A stretch of DNA of 49,198 nucleotides from Octopus bimaculoides (GCF_001194135.2 NC_069004.1:29303493-29352690); one strand, 5' to 3'; counted from the first letter of the stretch, positions 24,336 to 37,685 are shown. Numbers and translations are program-made. Notes: generated by a model from the letters alone, not told the origin.

Positions 24336-25005
24336 TACAAGATATACACACATAGACACACACGCACACACACACAAACCAAACACACACACACATATGT
24401 ATATATATATATATANNNNNNNNNNNNNNNNNNNNNNNNNNNNNNNNNNNNNNNNNNNNNNNNNNNNNNNNNNNNNNNNNNNNNNNNNNNNNNNNNNNNN
24501 NNNNNNNNNNNNNNNNNNNNNNNNNNNNNNNNNNNNNNNNNNNNNNNNNNNNNNNNNNNNNNNNNNNNNNNNNNNNNNNNNNNNNNNNNNNNNNNNNNNN
24601 NNNNNNNNNNNNNNNNNNNNNNNNNNNNNNNNNNNNNNNNNNNNNNNNNNNNNNNNNNNNNNNNNNNNNNNNNNNNNNNNNNNNNNNNNNNNNNNNNNNN
24701 NNNNNNNNNNNNNNNNNNNNNNNNNNNNNNNNNNNNNNNNNNNNNNNNNNNNNNNNNNNNNNNNNNNNNNNNNNNNNNNNNNNNNNNNNNNNNNNNNNNN
24801 NNNNNNNNNNNNNNNNNNNNNNNNNNNNNNNNNNNNNNNNNNNNNNNNNNNNNNNNNNNNNNNNNNNNNNNNNNNNNNNNNNNNNNNNNNNNNNNNNNNN
24901 NNNNNNNNNNNNNNNNNNNNNNNNNNNNNNNNNNNNNNNNNNNNNNNNNNNNNNNNNNNNNNNNNNNNNNNNNNNNNNNNNNNNNNNNNNNNNNNNNNNN
25001 NNNNN

Positions 25006-25052
<47 letters not shown>

Positions 25053-25054
25053 CA

Positions 25055-25251
25055 CATTAATCCCCTTGCCATATCGCTGTTCACTTATCGCGCATTCGGA
25101 TTTTTCTCGCTGTATGGAAATTTATATAGCGTACACCTCAGTATATCGCGGGTTTCTACGGTCGATAGGTATTTATATTGTCTTAGATTTTAATGATTCC
25201 TGTGAGAGTTTTGGAACGTAACACCCGCGATAGTCGGTCGAAGGATTACCG
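25055..25251. mobile_element. Tigger-like MITE
   Basis: Imperfect TIRs cattaatccccttgccatatcgc / gcgatagtcggtcgaaggattaccg, TA at the right flank, and a repeated tatcgcg subterminal motif. Confidence 0.65.
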
Positions 25252-25539
25252 TATACACACAAGACACACAAAACACACACACACACACACACACACATAC
25301 TGATATACTGTTTCGTATAGGGAATCTTGTAAGGAGACTCTCGCTTCAGAAGATTAGTAGAATAAAGGGAGGGTTGCGCACCGATGCCGATCTTGTGGTA
25401 ATTTCTTTGAAACAATAAAAGGAGGAATATATTAAAGACGTAAAGAAATGGTGAGATTAATAAATCAAGTGGAAAGTTCAACAGTTAATATTACATGTTT
25501 GTATTCTTTGAATGGATTGGGTTGTTTAGATGTTGTTGT

Positions 25540-26430
25540 TCGGGGGAAAGGGGGAGGGGTGATGGTGCTGATGGTGCTGAGGGGTAATGTTGCTGTGTTT
25601 GTACTACTGGGTCTTGTTGTTGTTGTTGCGATTGTAGTCGTGCATTGTAGCGGTAGTGGAGAGGGTAGTGGTGGTGGTTGTTATGGAGGTGGTTGAAGGT
25701 GGCGGTGGTGATGGTGGTGGTGGTGGTGGAGGTGGTGGTTGTGGAGGTGATGATGGTGGTTGTTGTGGAAATGGTGGTCGTGGTTGTTATGGAGGTGGTG
25801 ATGGTGGTGGTATTTATGGAGGTGGTAGTGGTTGCGGTGGTGTTTTTTGGTAGTGTGTGGTGGTTTCGGTGGTGGTAGTGGTGGTTATAGCAGAGGTGCG
25901 ATGGTGATGCTGTGTAGTGGATGCATTGGTGGTTGTTGTGGAGGTTGTAGTGGTTGCGATAATGTTGGTGGTGTACAGTGGTTTTGGTGGTGGTAGTGGG
26001 GGAAGAGGTGCGATGGGGATGCTGTGTGGCGGTGGTCGTGGTTTTTGACGTAGGTGATGGTTGATGGTGATAAAGGTTATAGAAGTGTTACTGTCGTTGT
26101 GATTGTTGTTGTTGTTGATTATTGTTGTGATTGTTGTTGCTGTCATTATTATACTGTGGTGGTGGTCGTGATGGTGGCGGTGGCGCTGGTATTGTTTTTA
26201 GTGTTGGTGTTGATCCTGTTGTTGGTTGTATTTTTTTTTATTTCTTTACTATTTTCCAGCTCGTGCGCTGCAGTCATTCTCTGGCTCTTTTTCTTAACAA
26301 CATACCCACCATCATCACCATCCTCGTCATCATCATCATCATCATCATTGTCATCATCATCATCGTCATCGTCATCATCATCATCATCATCATCATTACC
26401 ACCACTACCACCACCATCATCATCACCATC
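25540..26430. repeat. Degenerate GGT/GTT/CAT trinucleotide low-complexity tract
   Basis: Directly visible; switches from GT-rich to (CAT)n at about 26305. Confidence 0.9.
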
Positions 26431-27139
26431 ATTATCACCGTGCACATGATTTAGTTTTCCTTTTTTTCGTGTGTGTGTATGTGGCACCTCCATTTCATGG
26501 AGTATTTCACATGAATATTGCCCAATTAAATATGGAGTTAACTCATGGATAACATCGATCAAATATTCCTTTTGAAGGTGAGCCAATCCAGTAAGTATAT
26601 CAAATTATGGCAAATCCCTAATCCACGTGCCATGAAAATTAGCATAAATTCTAGTTACTGCAAAACGGTAATTTTGTTTTCTTCCAAAAACAACATACAG
26701 GTCTTGTAAAAAAGCAACGGTTTGTAATAGAATTGCATCTTCGTGTCTTAGATGAGTAAAAACAAAAAAATCGTGTGAGTTGGTTGCAAATAAAATACAC
26801 GCAACACAATCTTTGTAAGTCAGACATTTTTGAAAACAAACTGACAATAAAAAAATGTAGTAACCTCGCACAAAGAGTAATTTTATATAATATCTTGTAG
26901 ACATCTTAGAATTAGGTTAGAGTGAAAGCGAATAATGAGGTTTAACTGTATATTAAAAATATATAAAGGAAATATGATTTCTTTCTTCTTTCTTTTTATT
27001 TTTATTTTATTTTATTATTTTTTTTTGTTCTTGGTTGTTTTTCTTTTGAGAAAGTTTTCGTTCGATATTTTCAAAGTGAAGCTGTAAATTGAATTTCTGG
27101 CCAGAAAAAGAAACGGCGTCAAATATTGCTAATAAAGGT

Positions 27140-27161
27140 ATGGTGGTAGTGGTAGTACTAC

Positions 27162-27211
<50 letters not shown>

Positions 27212-27335
27212 ATACCAACAACAACAAGGCTGTTGCTGCTGCTGCTGAAGATGGTGATGGTGACGCTGATGATGATGATGATGATTATTATTATTATCAT
27301 TATTATTATTGTTGCTGTTGTTATTGTTGTTGAAT
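27140..27335. repeat. Compound (GTA)n/(GAT)n/(ATT)n/(GTT)n tract
   Basis: Directly visible. Confidence 0.92.
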
Positions 27336-27897
27336 GAACACACACACACATACATACAGATAAANNNNNNNNNNNNNNNNNNNNNNNNNNNNNNNNNNNN
27401 NNNNNNNNNNNNNNNNNNNNNNNNNNNNNNNNNNNNNNNNNNNNNNNNNNNNNNNNNNNNNNNNNNNNNNNNNNNNNNNNNNNNNNNNNNNNNNNNNNNN
27501 NNNNNNNNNNNNNNNNNNNNNNNNNNNNNNNNNNNNNNNNNNNNNNNNNNNNNNNNNNNNNNNNNNNNNNNNNNNNNNNNNNNNNNNNNNNNNNNNNNNN
27601 NNNNNNNNNNNNNNNNNNNNNNNNNNNNNNNNNNNNNNNNNNNNNNNNNNNNNNNNNNNNNNNNNNNNNNNNNNNNNNNNNNNNNNNNNNNNNNNNNNNN
27701 NNNNNNNNNNNNNNNNNNNNNNNNNNNNNNNNNNNNNTTATGAAATATATACAACGTAGAGCGAAGAGCCCAGAAAATCGTATTTAGTACGGTCGAAAGC
27801 AACGCGAAAAAGAATTACACCGCTTTAGGCCGTCTCGGGTCACACGACAGTGGGAGAAGGGAAACAGAGAAAGACAGAGAGAGAGGGGGAGGAAAGG

Positions 27898-27929
<32 letters not shown>

Positions 27930-28177
27930 GGAAGGAAATTAAAAGAAGCAAAGTAAAGGAAAGAGATAGAGGGAGCAAAAAAGAAATTCCAAGAATATTT
28001 CTATAAATGGTAAGAAATTAAAGAGTGCGTGCGTTACAGAAATATTGTTTCCAGGATTATATCAAAAGACAACAGGGGAGAATATGACCTACCTATATAT
28101 ATAATTTTAAAAAAACGTGTAGTAAATAAACAAACGAACATATACTACATACACAGGCGGACAGAAAAAATAGGACA

Positions 28178-28410
28178 AAGGCATCGAGCTGGCAGAAACG
28201 TTAGCACGCCGGGCGAAATATTTAGTGATATTTCGCCTACCGCTACGTTGTGAGTTCAAATTCCGCCAAGGTCGACTTTGCCTTTCATCCTTTCTGGGTC
28301 GATAAATTAAGTACCAGTTACGCACTGGGGTTGATACAATCGACTTAATCCGCTTCTCTGTCCTTGTTTGTCCCCTCTGTGTGCAGCCCCTTGTGGGCAG
28401 TAAAGAAATA
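28178..28410 (+). mobile_element. Full-length family D (Nin-like) SINE with 15-bp TSD
   Basis: Head gagctggcagaaacgttagc, B box gagttcaaattcc and Nin-like aggtcgactttgcctttcatcc. Flanks agaaaaaataggaca (28163-28177) and agaaaagataggaca (28411-28425) match at 14/15. Confidence 0.92.
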
Positions 28411-28480
28411 AGAAAAGATAGGACACAAATATATGTATATTTATGTATTTATCTTTTTTATATGTGTGCTAATGCTACCA

Positions 28481-28677
28481 TTGGTTTCAAGTTAGGCAAA
28501 TATCTTAATATCTTAGCAATTTTTCAAGCCGATCACATAGAGGAATAGTGTTCGTCTCCATTTTGGATGAAAGCTGTAATATTGCTTTCATCCAAAGTGA
28601 AGATGAACACCATTCCTCCATGTGATCGGATTGAAAAATTGTTAAGGTATTAAAGTATTTTCTGAACATGGAACCAA
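28481..28677. repeat. Long inverted repeat: 94-bp arms, 9-nt spacer
   Basis: 28481-28574 versus the reverse complement of 28584-28677 gives 79/94 identity, ungapped (hand aligned). Confidence 0.93.
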
Positions 28678-28846
28678 CGGCACCCTTAATACAGAAATAA
28701 AGTAATTTTATCCACACATGCGGTGTTGAGCACTCAATCACATTGTTCGACATTTACGTATCTGTCTATCTATCTATCTATCTATCTATCTGTCTATCTA
28801 TCTATTTGTCTGTCTGTCTGTCTCTCTATCTGCCTAAATATATATG

Positions 28847-28889
<43 letters not shown>

Positions 28890-28899
28890 NNNNNNNNNN

Positions 28900-28964
<65 letters not shown>

Positions 28965-29034
28965 CATGTATATATATATTTATACACACACAGACACACA
29001 CGTATATATATAGACACAAACATATACGAATGCA

Positions 29035-29170
29035 ATGGGCTTCTCCATAATTTCTCTCCACCAAATTCGGTCACAAGGCACTGTTCCCTGGCTAAGACAC
29101 ATAACCAAGGTGGTGCACTTTGGGTTTGAACTCGAAACCATAAGGTTGCAAAACTAGCGTCCATCCCCGC
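29035..29170 (-). mobile_element. Old degenerate family A-like SINE head
   Basis: gggcttct..ataatttc..tccaccaaattc..tcacaaggc...gggtttgaactcgaaacc resembles 455-580. Confidence 0.55.
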
Positions 29171-30467
29171 ACCAGTTAAGAAACCAGAAACGTGCATGCT
29201 TTGATATAAACACACAAACACACACAGAGGCACATGCACACACACACACACACACATACTCACATATATAACCACATACGTACACACACACATTTATTTT
29301 CGTCTTAGGGTGTACAAAGTACAAGAAGATTACTCGATGCCTACAGTACAGTGTATGTATTTTGTCGCCTTTGCATAGAAGTTTTCGCTTCTCTAAATTC
29401 GCCCAGGCAACGAGAAAACGAACCGAAGCGCAAGAGCGTGAATAGCGGAGTAGTAACTCTTTGAATCAAAACGTTTCAATGAATATATATGAATATATAT
29501 ATATATATATATACATGTGTATGTGTATGTGTTTGTATGCCTATCTTTGTGTAGTAGTGTACATATGAGCATATTGTAATATATACGCATCTATATATAT
29601 ATACATATGTATATATATATATATATATATNNNNNNNNNNNNNNNNNNNNNNNNNNNNNNNNNNNNNNNNNNNNNNNNNNNNNNNNNNNNNNNNNNNNNN
29701 NNNNNNNNNNNNNNNNNNNNNNNNNNNNNNNNNNNNNNNNNNNNNNNNNNNNNNNNNNNNNNNNNNNNNNNNNNNNNNNNNNNNNNNNNNNNNNNNNNNN
29801 NNNNNNNNNNNNNNNNNNNNNNNNNNNNNNNNNNNNNNNNNNNNNNNNNNNNNNNNNNNNNNNNNNNNNNNNNNNNNNNNNNNNNNNNNNNNNNNNNNNN
29901 NNNNNNNNNNNNNNNNNNNNNNNNNNNNNNNNNNNNNNNNNNNNNNNNNNNNNNNNNNNNNNNNNNNNNNNNNNNNNNNNNNNNNNNNNNNNNNNNNNNN
30001 NNNNNNNNNNNNNNNNNNNNNNNNNNNNNNNNNNNNNNNNNNNNNNNNNNNNNNNNNNNNNNNNNNNNNNNNNNNNNNNNNNNNNNNNNNNNNNNNNNNN
30101 NNNNNNNNNNNNNNNNNNNNNNNNNNNNNNNNNNNNNNNNNNNNNNNNNNNNNNNNNNNNNNNNNNNNNNNNNNNNNNNNNNNNNNNNNNNNNNNNNNNN
30201 NNNNNNNNNNNNNNNNNNNNNNNNNNNNNNNNNNNNNNNNNNNNNNNNNNNNNNNNNNNNNNNNNNNNNNNNNNNNNNNNNNNNNNNNNNNNNNNNNNNN
30301 NNNNNNNNNNNNNNNNNNNNNNNNNNNNNNNNNNNNNNNNNNNNNNNNNNNNNNNNNNNNNNNNNNNNNNNNNNNNNNNNNNNNNNNNNNNNNNNNNNNN
30401 NNNNNNNNAGACTCCTAATATCTTATTTCAAGAAAGTACCATGGATTTATTTATTTAGTTATTTATT

Positions 30468-30790
<323 letters not shown>

Positions 30791-31191
30791 TCATCATCAT
30801 CATCATCATCATCATCATCGTCATCATCATCATTATCATCATCATCATCATCACCATCAACATTATTAGCAGGGAACTAAACTGCTTCCAGTTCATTCGA
30901 GAGTGAACACTAAGGCATAAATCTCTTTCGAACTAAACTGGAATTCGTGAATCTTGTCATCCATGAGCGCAATTTCTTGTAAAGCAATGGCTGCGTGATT
31001 GGTAATTTATCCTTCATTATCGATGTAAAGATTATTAATCGATGTGTAATATTTCTATCAATATTTGGTTGATAAATAGTATCAGCATATCATTTGTACA
31101 CCATGACATGTCTTTGACGAGTCTGGTGCAATATTAGTTTTCATCAATTATTTCTGTCAGATTTTCAGAACGTAAAGACAGACGAAATACC

Positions 31192-31427
31192 ATTTCTTAT
31201 TTCTTTATTGCCCACAAGGGGATAAACATAGAGGGGACAAACAAAGAGAGACAAAGGAATTTAGTCGATTATTTCGACCCCTGTGCGTAACTGGTACTTA
31301 ATTTATCGACCTCGAAAGGATGAAAGGCAAAATCGACCTCGGCGGAATTTGAACTCAGAACGTAAAGACAGACGAAATATCGCTAAGCATTTCGCCCGCG
31401 TGCTAACGTTTCTGCCAGCTCGCCGCT
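31192..31427 (-). mobile_element. Full-length family D SINE (same tail subtype as 28178)
   Basis: The reverse complement is colinear with 28178-28410. Confidence 0.92.
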
Positions 31428-31569
31428 ACGGAAGATAATTATTTTCCATGTTCGTTTCCAGAAACGCTTTCGTTTTTTTCTTTGACTTTTAATTGGCTCT
31501 AATCAAGGAGAACTACGAATAAAATCTTGCTAAACATGGTCATCCGATTCCATATTTTAATCATAGTAT

Positions 31570-31822
31570 ATATATTGGGAACTCTTCTGAGTCACAGGGT
31601 TCATAGGGCCAGTTACTCTATTTTCATGGCGTATAAGTGACTGAGATCAAAATATTATCTACCCCATCCTGGATGGGACCCCAGCCCTTCGCGAGCTTAC
31701 TCATATACAGCTGAGCTGCCTGGAATAACGTGTAATGAAGTATTTTTGCTCAAAAACGCAGTACAGCTCCTGGTCAGGAATCGAAACTACGATCTTGCGA
31801 TGGTTAGCGCAACGTCCTAACC
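31570..31822 (-). mobile_element. Older CORE-like SINE (tail T2-like)
   Basis: cagctgagctgcctggaataacgtgtaatgaagtatttttgctcaa...ggaatcgaaactacgatc...cctaaccactaa matches 23255-23380. Confidence 0.78.
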
Positions 31823-32244
31823 ACTAAACTACGCACTCTAACACAGACATAGTATATCTTGGACTATGCCATCCAATAATCCTATTTATTTTCCTATTTA
31901 AGGTGGTATTGTGTGATTTGATTGGAGGATGTTGGTACTTATTTCTAGAAATTTCAACGATCACGTAGGGACTATCCCATTGGCTCGTATGTTTTTCAGA
32001 GTTCGGCAAGTTGGTTCCATCATATTGCAGCTTTTCATTCTCATATTACTGTTGAGGTTTCGTAGTTTTCGTTGGAATTCCAAACTCTACAGGAAATTGT
32101 GTTTTTGAAACAACGCCAGGTAAAGATATCATTACGAAATTGTTCCAAGAAATATCTAGTGAAAAAATTCGTAATTTAAAATGGTAACATATGAATAAAT
32201 AAGACTGGGGTACTCCACCAATGCCGTGAGAAACAATAATAATG

Positions 32245-32303
<59 letters not shown>

Positions 32304-32334
32304 TGGAAGTGTTATCATGTACATTGATTTGTAT

Positions 32335-32605
32335 TGGTATAAAAAATGGGCTACAGGGAATATTCTGCTCAATACCACAGATTTGCTTGTCAGTTGCTTG
32401 ACCTTAACCAGTTGAGCATGTCGCTTAGTGGCTGACGATATGTGCATTTCTGATCACGAGTAGAAGCAGTGGGGGGAGGCATCATAGCCATATGTTGAGA
32501 GGAATTCTTGGGAGTTTGGATAATTCACCATTGGAAACATGGGTGTGTCGTTCAACATCTTTAAACAACCCTTATTCAGGGACCTTTTGAGCGGGATGAG
32601 TTACC
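32335..32605. repeat. Probable dispersed repeat fragment, class unknown
   Basis: Non-simple sequence next to (TAA)n that I recall as a recurrent octopus repeat. There is no second copy in this window. Confidence 0.35.
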
Positions 32606-32609
32606 TTTT

Positions 32610-32790
32610 GAGCGGAATGAGTGCTGAACTGGTAAATATTTCATTAACACCCGTTCACCAGTCTCGCCGAGGGTGAAAGGCAAAGTCAACCTCGAGGGAA
32701 TTCGAAAGTGTAACGCAAAGAGCCGAAAGAAATGATGCTGAGCATTCTTTCCGACGGGCTGACGACTCTGCTGGCGAGTTTGCTGCCTCG
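32610..32790 (-). mobile_element. Old degenerate family D SINE
   Basis: actggtaaatattt...gtgaaaggcaaagtcaacctcg...cattctttccgacgggctgacgactctgc. Confidence 0.65.
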
Positions 32791-33657
32791 ACACTTTGAA
32801 ACAAACTAAATATGTTATAAGCTAACAAATGTATTGAAGACAGTTTTTTTAAAACTTGGAACATACACAAACTTGATGTATAAACACACACTGTTACTGA
32901 AACATAAGATGGATGTGTGATACATGCAAACATACATACACACACACATACTCACATACACACACACATACTCACACACACACACATACTCACATACACA
33001 CACATATATATATATCTGCATGATGTNNNNNNNNNNNNNNNNNNNNNNNNNNNNNNNNNNNNNNNNNNNNNNNNNNNNNNNNNNNNNNNNNNNNNNNNNN
33101 NNNNNNNNNNNNNNNNNNNNNNNNNNNNNNNNNNNNNNNNNNNNNNNNNNNNNNNNNNNNNNNNNNNNNNNNNNNNNNNNNNNNNNNNNNNNNNNNNNNN
33201 NNNNNNNNNNNNNNNNNNNNNNNNNNNNNNNNNNNNNNNNNCACACACACACACACACACACACATACACATACATACACACGCTTATATTAATGTATAA
33301 GCATCTATATTTTTAATCATATTCAAACACACACGCACTCACAAACACACACACACACATACAAACACAGACACACACACACACACGGCATACAGACGCA
33401 CACGTGCACACAGGTACACACATACACATACACATACACTGAGATTTTTACCAATCGTCGTTATCTGAAATCATAATAATGCCATTTAACACAGATACAA
33501 AACAAAATAATTGGCTAATTGGCGGAAGTGTAATTCATTACCACATTTCTAAATTTCTAACAAAAGCTCTGTTACCATTCTTCTATTATTCTTCAACATT
33601 GCAATTCCAGTCACTTGATGGCTTCTTCATCTTTTCCCCTCGAAATCAATATTGAAA

Positions 33658-33790
33658 CTCTTCTTCTTCTTCTTCTTCTTCTTCTTCTTCTTCTTCTTCT
33701 TCTTCTTCTTCTTCTTCTTCTTCTTCTTCTTCTTCTCCTCCTCCTCCTCCTCCTTCTTCTTCTTCTTCTTCTTCTTCTTCTTCTTCTTTT

Positions 33791-33822
<32 letters not shown>

Positions 33823-33860
33823 TTCTCCTCCTCCCCTCCTCCTCCTTCTTCTTCTTCTTC

Positions 33861-33891
<31 letters not shown>

Positions 33892-34005
33892 TATTATTAT
33901 TATTATTATTATTATTTATGCTTTTGTTGTTGTTGCTGTTCTTCTTCTTCTTCTTCTTATTCTCCTTCTTCTTCTTCTTCTTCTTCTNNNNNNNNNNNNT
34001 TCTTC

Positions 34006-34072
<67 letters not shown>
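33658..34072. repeat. Compound (CTT)n/(CCT)n/(CAT)n/(ATT)n microsatellite
   Basis: Directly visible; source of the poly-L/F/E ORFs in the track. Confidence 0.97.
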
Positions 34073-34074
<2 letters not shown>

Positions 34075-34394
34075 GATTTTTCCAAGTTTCATTTGAAAAG
34101 GAAAGTGGAGGTAGAGAGGGAGATACTGTCCTCGTGTGAATTTATTAAAATACGGGTGAAATTTGCGAAAAATGGCAAGAGTGGGTGGTATTCCTCTCAG
34201 TGTAGACCCGTGAATCGAAATAAAGGAGTTAGGGAGGGCTCTCGTCCTTGGTATTCAGGGTGACCTTGGATCGTGGGGATCTTCGATTATCCCTAGAGAT
34301 CCTTCTGTATCCGGGTGACCCCTTCATTATCGCTTTTTCTCTCTCTTCTTCTAGTGTCGCACGTTATGTATACTTTCCTTCTTCCAATGTGTTA

Positions 34395-34569
34395 CTCTTT
34401 TACCCTTTTACTTGCTTTAGTCATTTGACTGTGGCCATGCTGGAGCACCGCATTTAGTCAAGCAAATCGACCCCAGGACTTATTCTTTGGAAACCTACTA
34501 CTTATTCTATCGGTCTCTTTTGCCGAACCGCTAAGTTACNNNNNNNNNNNNNNNNNNNNNNNNNNNNNN

Positions 34570-34606
<37 letters not shown>

Positions 34607-34779
34607 TACATATATACGACGGGCTTCTTTCAGTTTCCGTCTACCAAATCCACTTACAAGGCTTTGGTCGGCCCGAGGCTATAGTAGAAGGCACTTGCCC
34701 AAGGTGCCACGCAGTGGGAATGAACCCGGAACCATGTGGTTGGTAAGCAAGCTACTTACCACACAGCGACTCCTGCACT
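34395..34779 (-). mobile_element. Near-complete family A SINE, gap at the internal slot
   Basis: Tail ttttacttgctttagtcatttgactgtggccatgctggagcaccg, gap and (TA)n, then a head nearly identical to 450-612. Confidence 0.93.
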
Positions 34780-35124
34780 TTTTATTTTATCATCCCATTA
34801 TATGTAAACCCCCACTCTTTATGTCTGTCTTTGTATTGTTCCCCTTATCCTTCCCCCTTGTGGCAAATAAAAGAAATCATTATTATTATTAGTAGTATTA
34901 TTATTGTTATTATTATTATTTCTACTAACACATGAAGTAATACGTCATCGTCATACGTCACGCGTCTTGAAATGCGTTCACTCTATCTAATCTGTTTCTT
35001 CTTGAGCATTATGTTATAAGTTCGGAAACTGGTTTAATTTCTCTATAGAATAACAAGTATAACAATTTAAATTGCTGACGTAGTTATTAATCATGGTGGA
35101 AACTAGTGGGACCATTCTACTATT

Positions 35125-35191
<67 letters not shown>

Positions 35192-35263
35192 NNNNNNNNN
35201 NNNNNNNNNNNNNNNNNNNNNNNNNNNNNNNNNNNNNNNNNNNNNNNNNNNNNNNNNNNNNNN

Positions 35264-35315
<52 letters not shown>

Positions 35316-35524
35316 TACATACATACACACATATATACATATGTATATATTTATTTATATACATATATACGTACATACATATATATATGTATATATACGT
35401 TTGTATGCAGGTATGATAGTCTTGTAGATAGATTTCGGCGATGGAAATTGTGCGTACAAACACAGGTACATGTATGTTTGTGTGCGTGTATTTGTATGTG
35501 TGTGTGTGCGTGTATGTGTATATA

Positions 35525-35564
<40 letters not shown>

Positions 35565-35565
35565 T

Positions 35566-35599
<34 letters not shown>

Positions 35600-35602
<3 letters not shown>

Positions 35603-35795
35603 GTGCTTGCGTTTGTCTCCCTTCCACCACTTGACAACTGGCGCTGGTTTGTTTACGCCCCAATATCTTAGCGGATCACCAAAGCAAACCGATAAATTAG
35701 GAAATAGATTTAACAAACAAGTGCTGGGGTCGATCTGTTTGACAAAACCCTTTCATGCGGTACCCCAGTATGGCTGTAGTCTAATGACTGCAACA
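35600..35795 (+). mobile_element. Family A SINE 3' half after (TG)n
   Basis: caccacttgacaactggcgctggtttgtttacg...gctggggtcgatctgtttgac. Confidence 0.75.
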
Positions 35796-37057
35796 AGTAG
35801 ATGATAAATGATAGTTGTAACAGTGGTAGTGCAAAAGGGCGTATATATCTCATGCGAGAAAGAAGAGAAGTTTAAAGTTTCGAGGCAAAAGTTTTCGTCG
35901 AAGAGAAGAAGAAAATGATATGCAAACTAACGATGAAAAAATGAGCGAATGAGGAACGGAAGCGGTAGGAAGAAGGAAAAAAAGAGGAATGAAGTAAGAT
36001 GTGTTAAGGGTTACAGCCGAAGAGAAGAGAAACTACAAATAACACTGGTACATTTGAAAAGAAAAGTATGGAAGTTTTGCGGAATGGAAGGACAAAATCG
36101 ATGAGTAAAGCTATGCGCAATACAAATATATGCACATATAAGCATTTTATGTTTTGCCTGAAGATTGTACTGGCTTCAAACTCAAGTCACGAGATAAACT
36201 CTTAACTTCAGTTTTAACAACGAAAATACTATGTACATATATGATGTATGTATGCATGTGTATGCATATATAAATATATGTATATATAGGTATATGTGCA
36301 TATATATNNNNNNNNNNNNNNNNNNNNNNNNNNNNNNNNNNNNNNNNNNNNNNNNNNNNNNNNNNNNNNNNNNNNNNNNNNNNNNNNNNNNNNNNNNNNN
36401 NNNNNNNNNNNNNNNNNNNNNNNNNNNNNNNNNNNNNNNNNNNNNNNNNNNNNNNNNNNNNNNNNNNNNNNNNNNNNNNNNNNNNNNNNNNNNNNNNNNN
36501 NNNNNNNNNNNNNNNNNNNNNNNNNNNNNNNNNNNNNNNNNNNNNNNNNNNNNNNNNNNNNNNNNNNNTATATATATATATATATATATATATATGGTTA
36601 TATATATATATATACGTAACTATACATATACATGCATCTGCATACATATACATACAAACGGTGTGCTTAGATATGTATGAAATATATATGCATATATTAT
36701 GTATATACATATATGTATGTATATATACATACATATATATCTGTGTGTGTGTGTCTGTGTGTAACTATACATTTATGTATCTATGTATATGTGTGTACAT
36801 GTGTATGTGTATAGCATAAATTCAGTTGACAGTTTAGTCTGAGATCAGCCACTGGCTGCTGTGTTCGTTGCTGTTGTAACCAAACCTAGCTCTGGGCAAA
36901 ACCATGAGCAGACTCGTCACTTTTCATATATCAAATCTATCGACTTTTACTCATTTAACTTCTGTATCAGATAATGTTTTGCATTACGTGAAATATATTC
37001 TTGATATGTTTTACAACTTTCACCCGACTACATGTGAGTATAAAGGTATATATAAAC

Positions 37058-37098
37058 CAGTGACGTGCGCCCTGGTAGGCAACGTAGGCATTGCCTTC
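37058..37098. mobile_element. Possible DNA transposon terminus (hAT-like)
   Basis: cagtgacgtgcgccctggtaggcaacgtaggcattgcct resembles CAGTG-type termini with a subterminal aggca repeat. No partner end was seen. Confidence 0.25.
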
Positions 37099-37653
37099 TT
37101 TGAATAAAATAGATCGATAGCCACATTTTCCTTTTCTGACAGAACCTGCACCTAATTCAACATAATTACTTTGATTAATATGCATAAAATGGAATATATA
37201 TATATATATATATANNNNNNNNNNNNNNNNNNNNNNNNNNNNNNNNNNNNNNNNNNNNNNNNNNNNNNNNNNNNNNNNNNNNNNNNNNNNNNNNNNNNNN
37301 NNNNNNNNNNNNNNNNNNNNNNNNNNNNNNNNNNNNNNNNNNNNNNNNNNNNNNNNNNNNNNNNNNNNNNNNNNNNNNNNNNNNNNNNNNNNNNNNNNNN
37401 NNNNNNNNNNNNNNNNNNNNNNNNNNNNNNNNNNNNNNNNNNNNNNNNNNNNNNNNNNNNNNNNNNNNNNNNNNNNNNNNNNNNNNNNNNNNNNNNNNNN
37501 NNNNNNNNNNNNNNNNNNNNNNNNNNNNNNNNNNNNNNNNNNNNNNNNNNNNNNNNNNNNNNNNNNNNNNNNNNNNNNNNNNNNNNNNNNNNNNNNNNNN
37601 NNNNNNNNNNNNNNNNNNNNNNNNNNNNNNNNNNNNNNNNNNNNNNNNNNNNN

Positions 37654-37685
<32 letters not shown>

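Noticed and set aside
25448-25878. Gly/Tyr/Cys-rich ORFs (GGCYGGG motifs) suggestive of glycine-rich structural proteins
   Set aside because: They are embedded in a degenerate (GGT)n tract, frameshifted, with no signal peptide or clear splice boundaries. Simple-repeat origin is sufficient.
26500-26600. Two strong plus-strand donors (gtgagc, gtaagt) and the minus peptide EYLIDVIHELTPYLIGQYSCEILHEME
   Set aside because: No convincing matched acceptor and donor pair on either strand, and the Ig-like GQYSC resemblance is weak.
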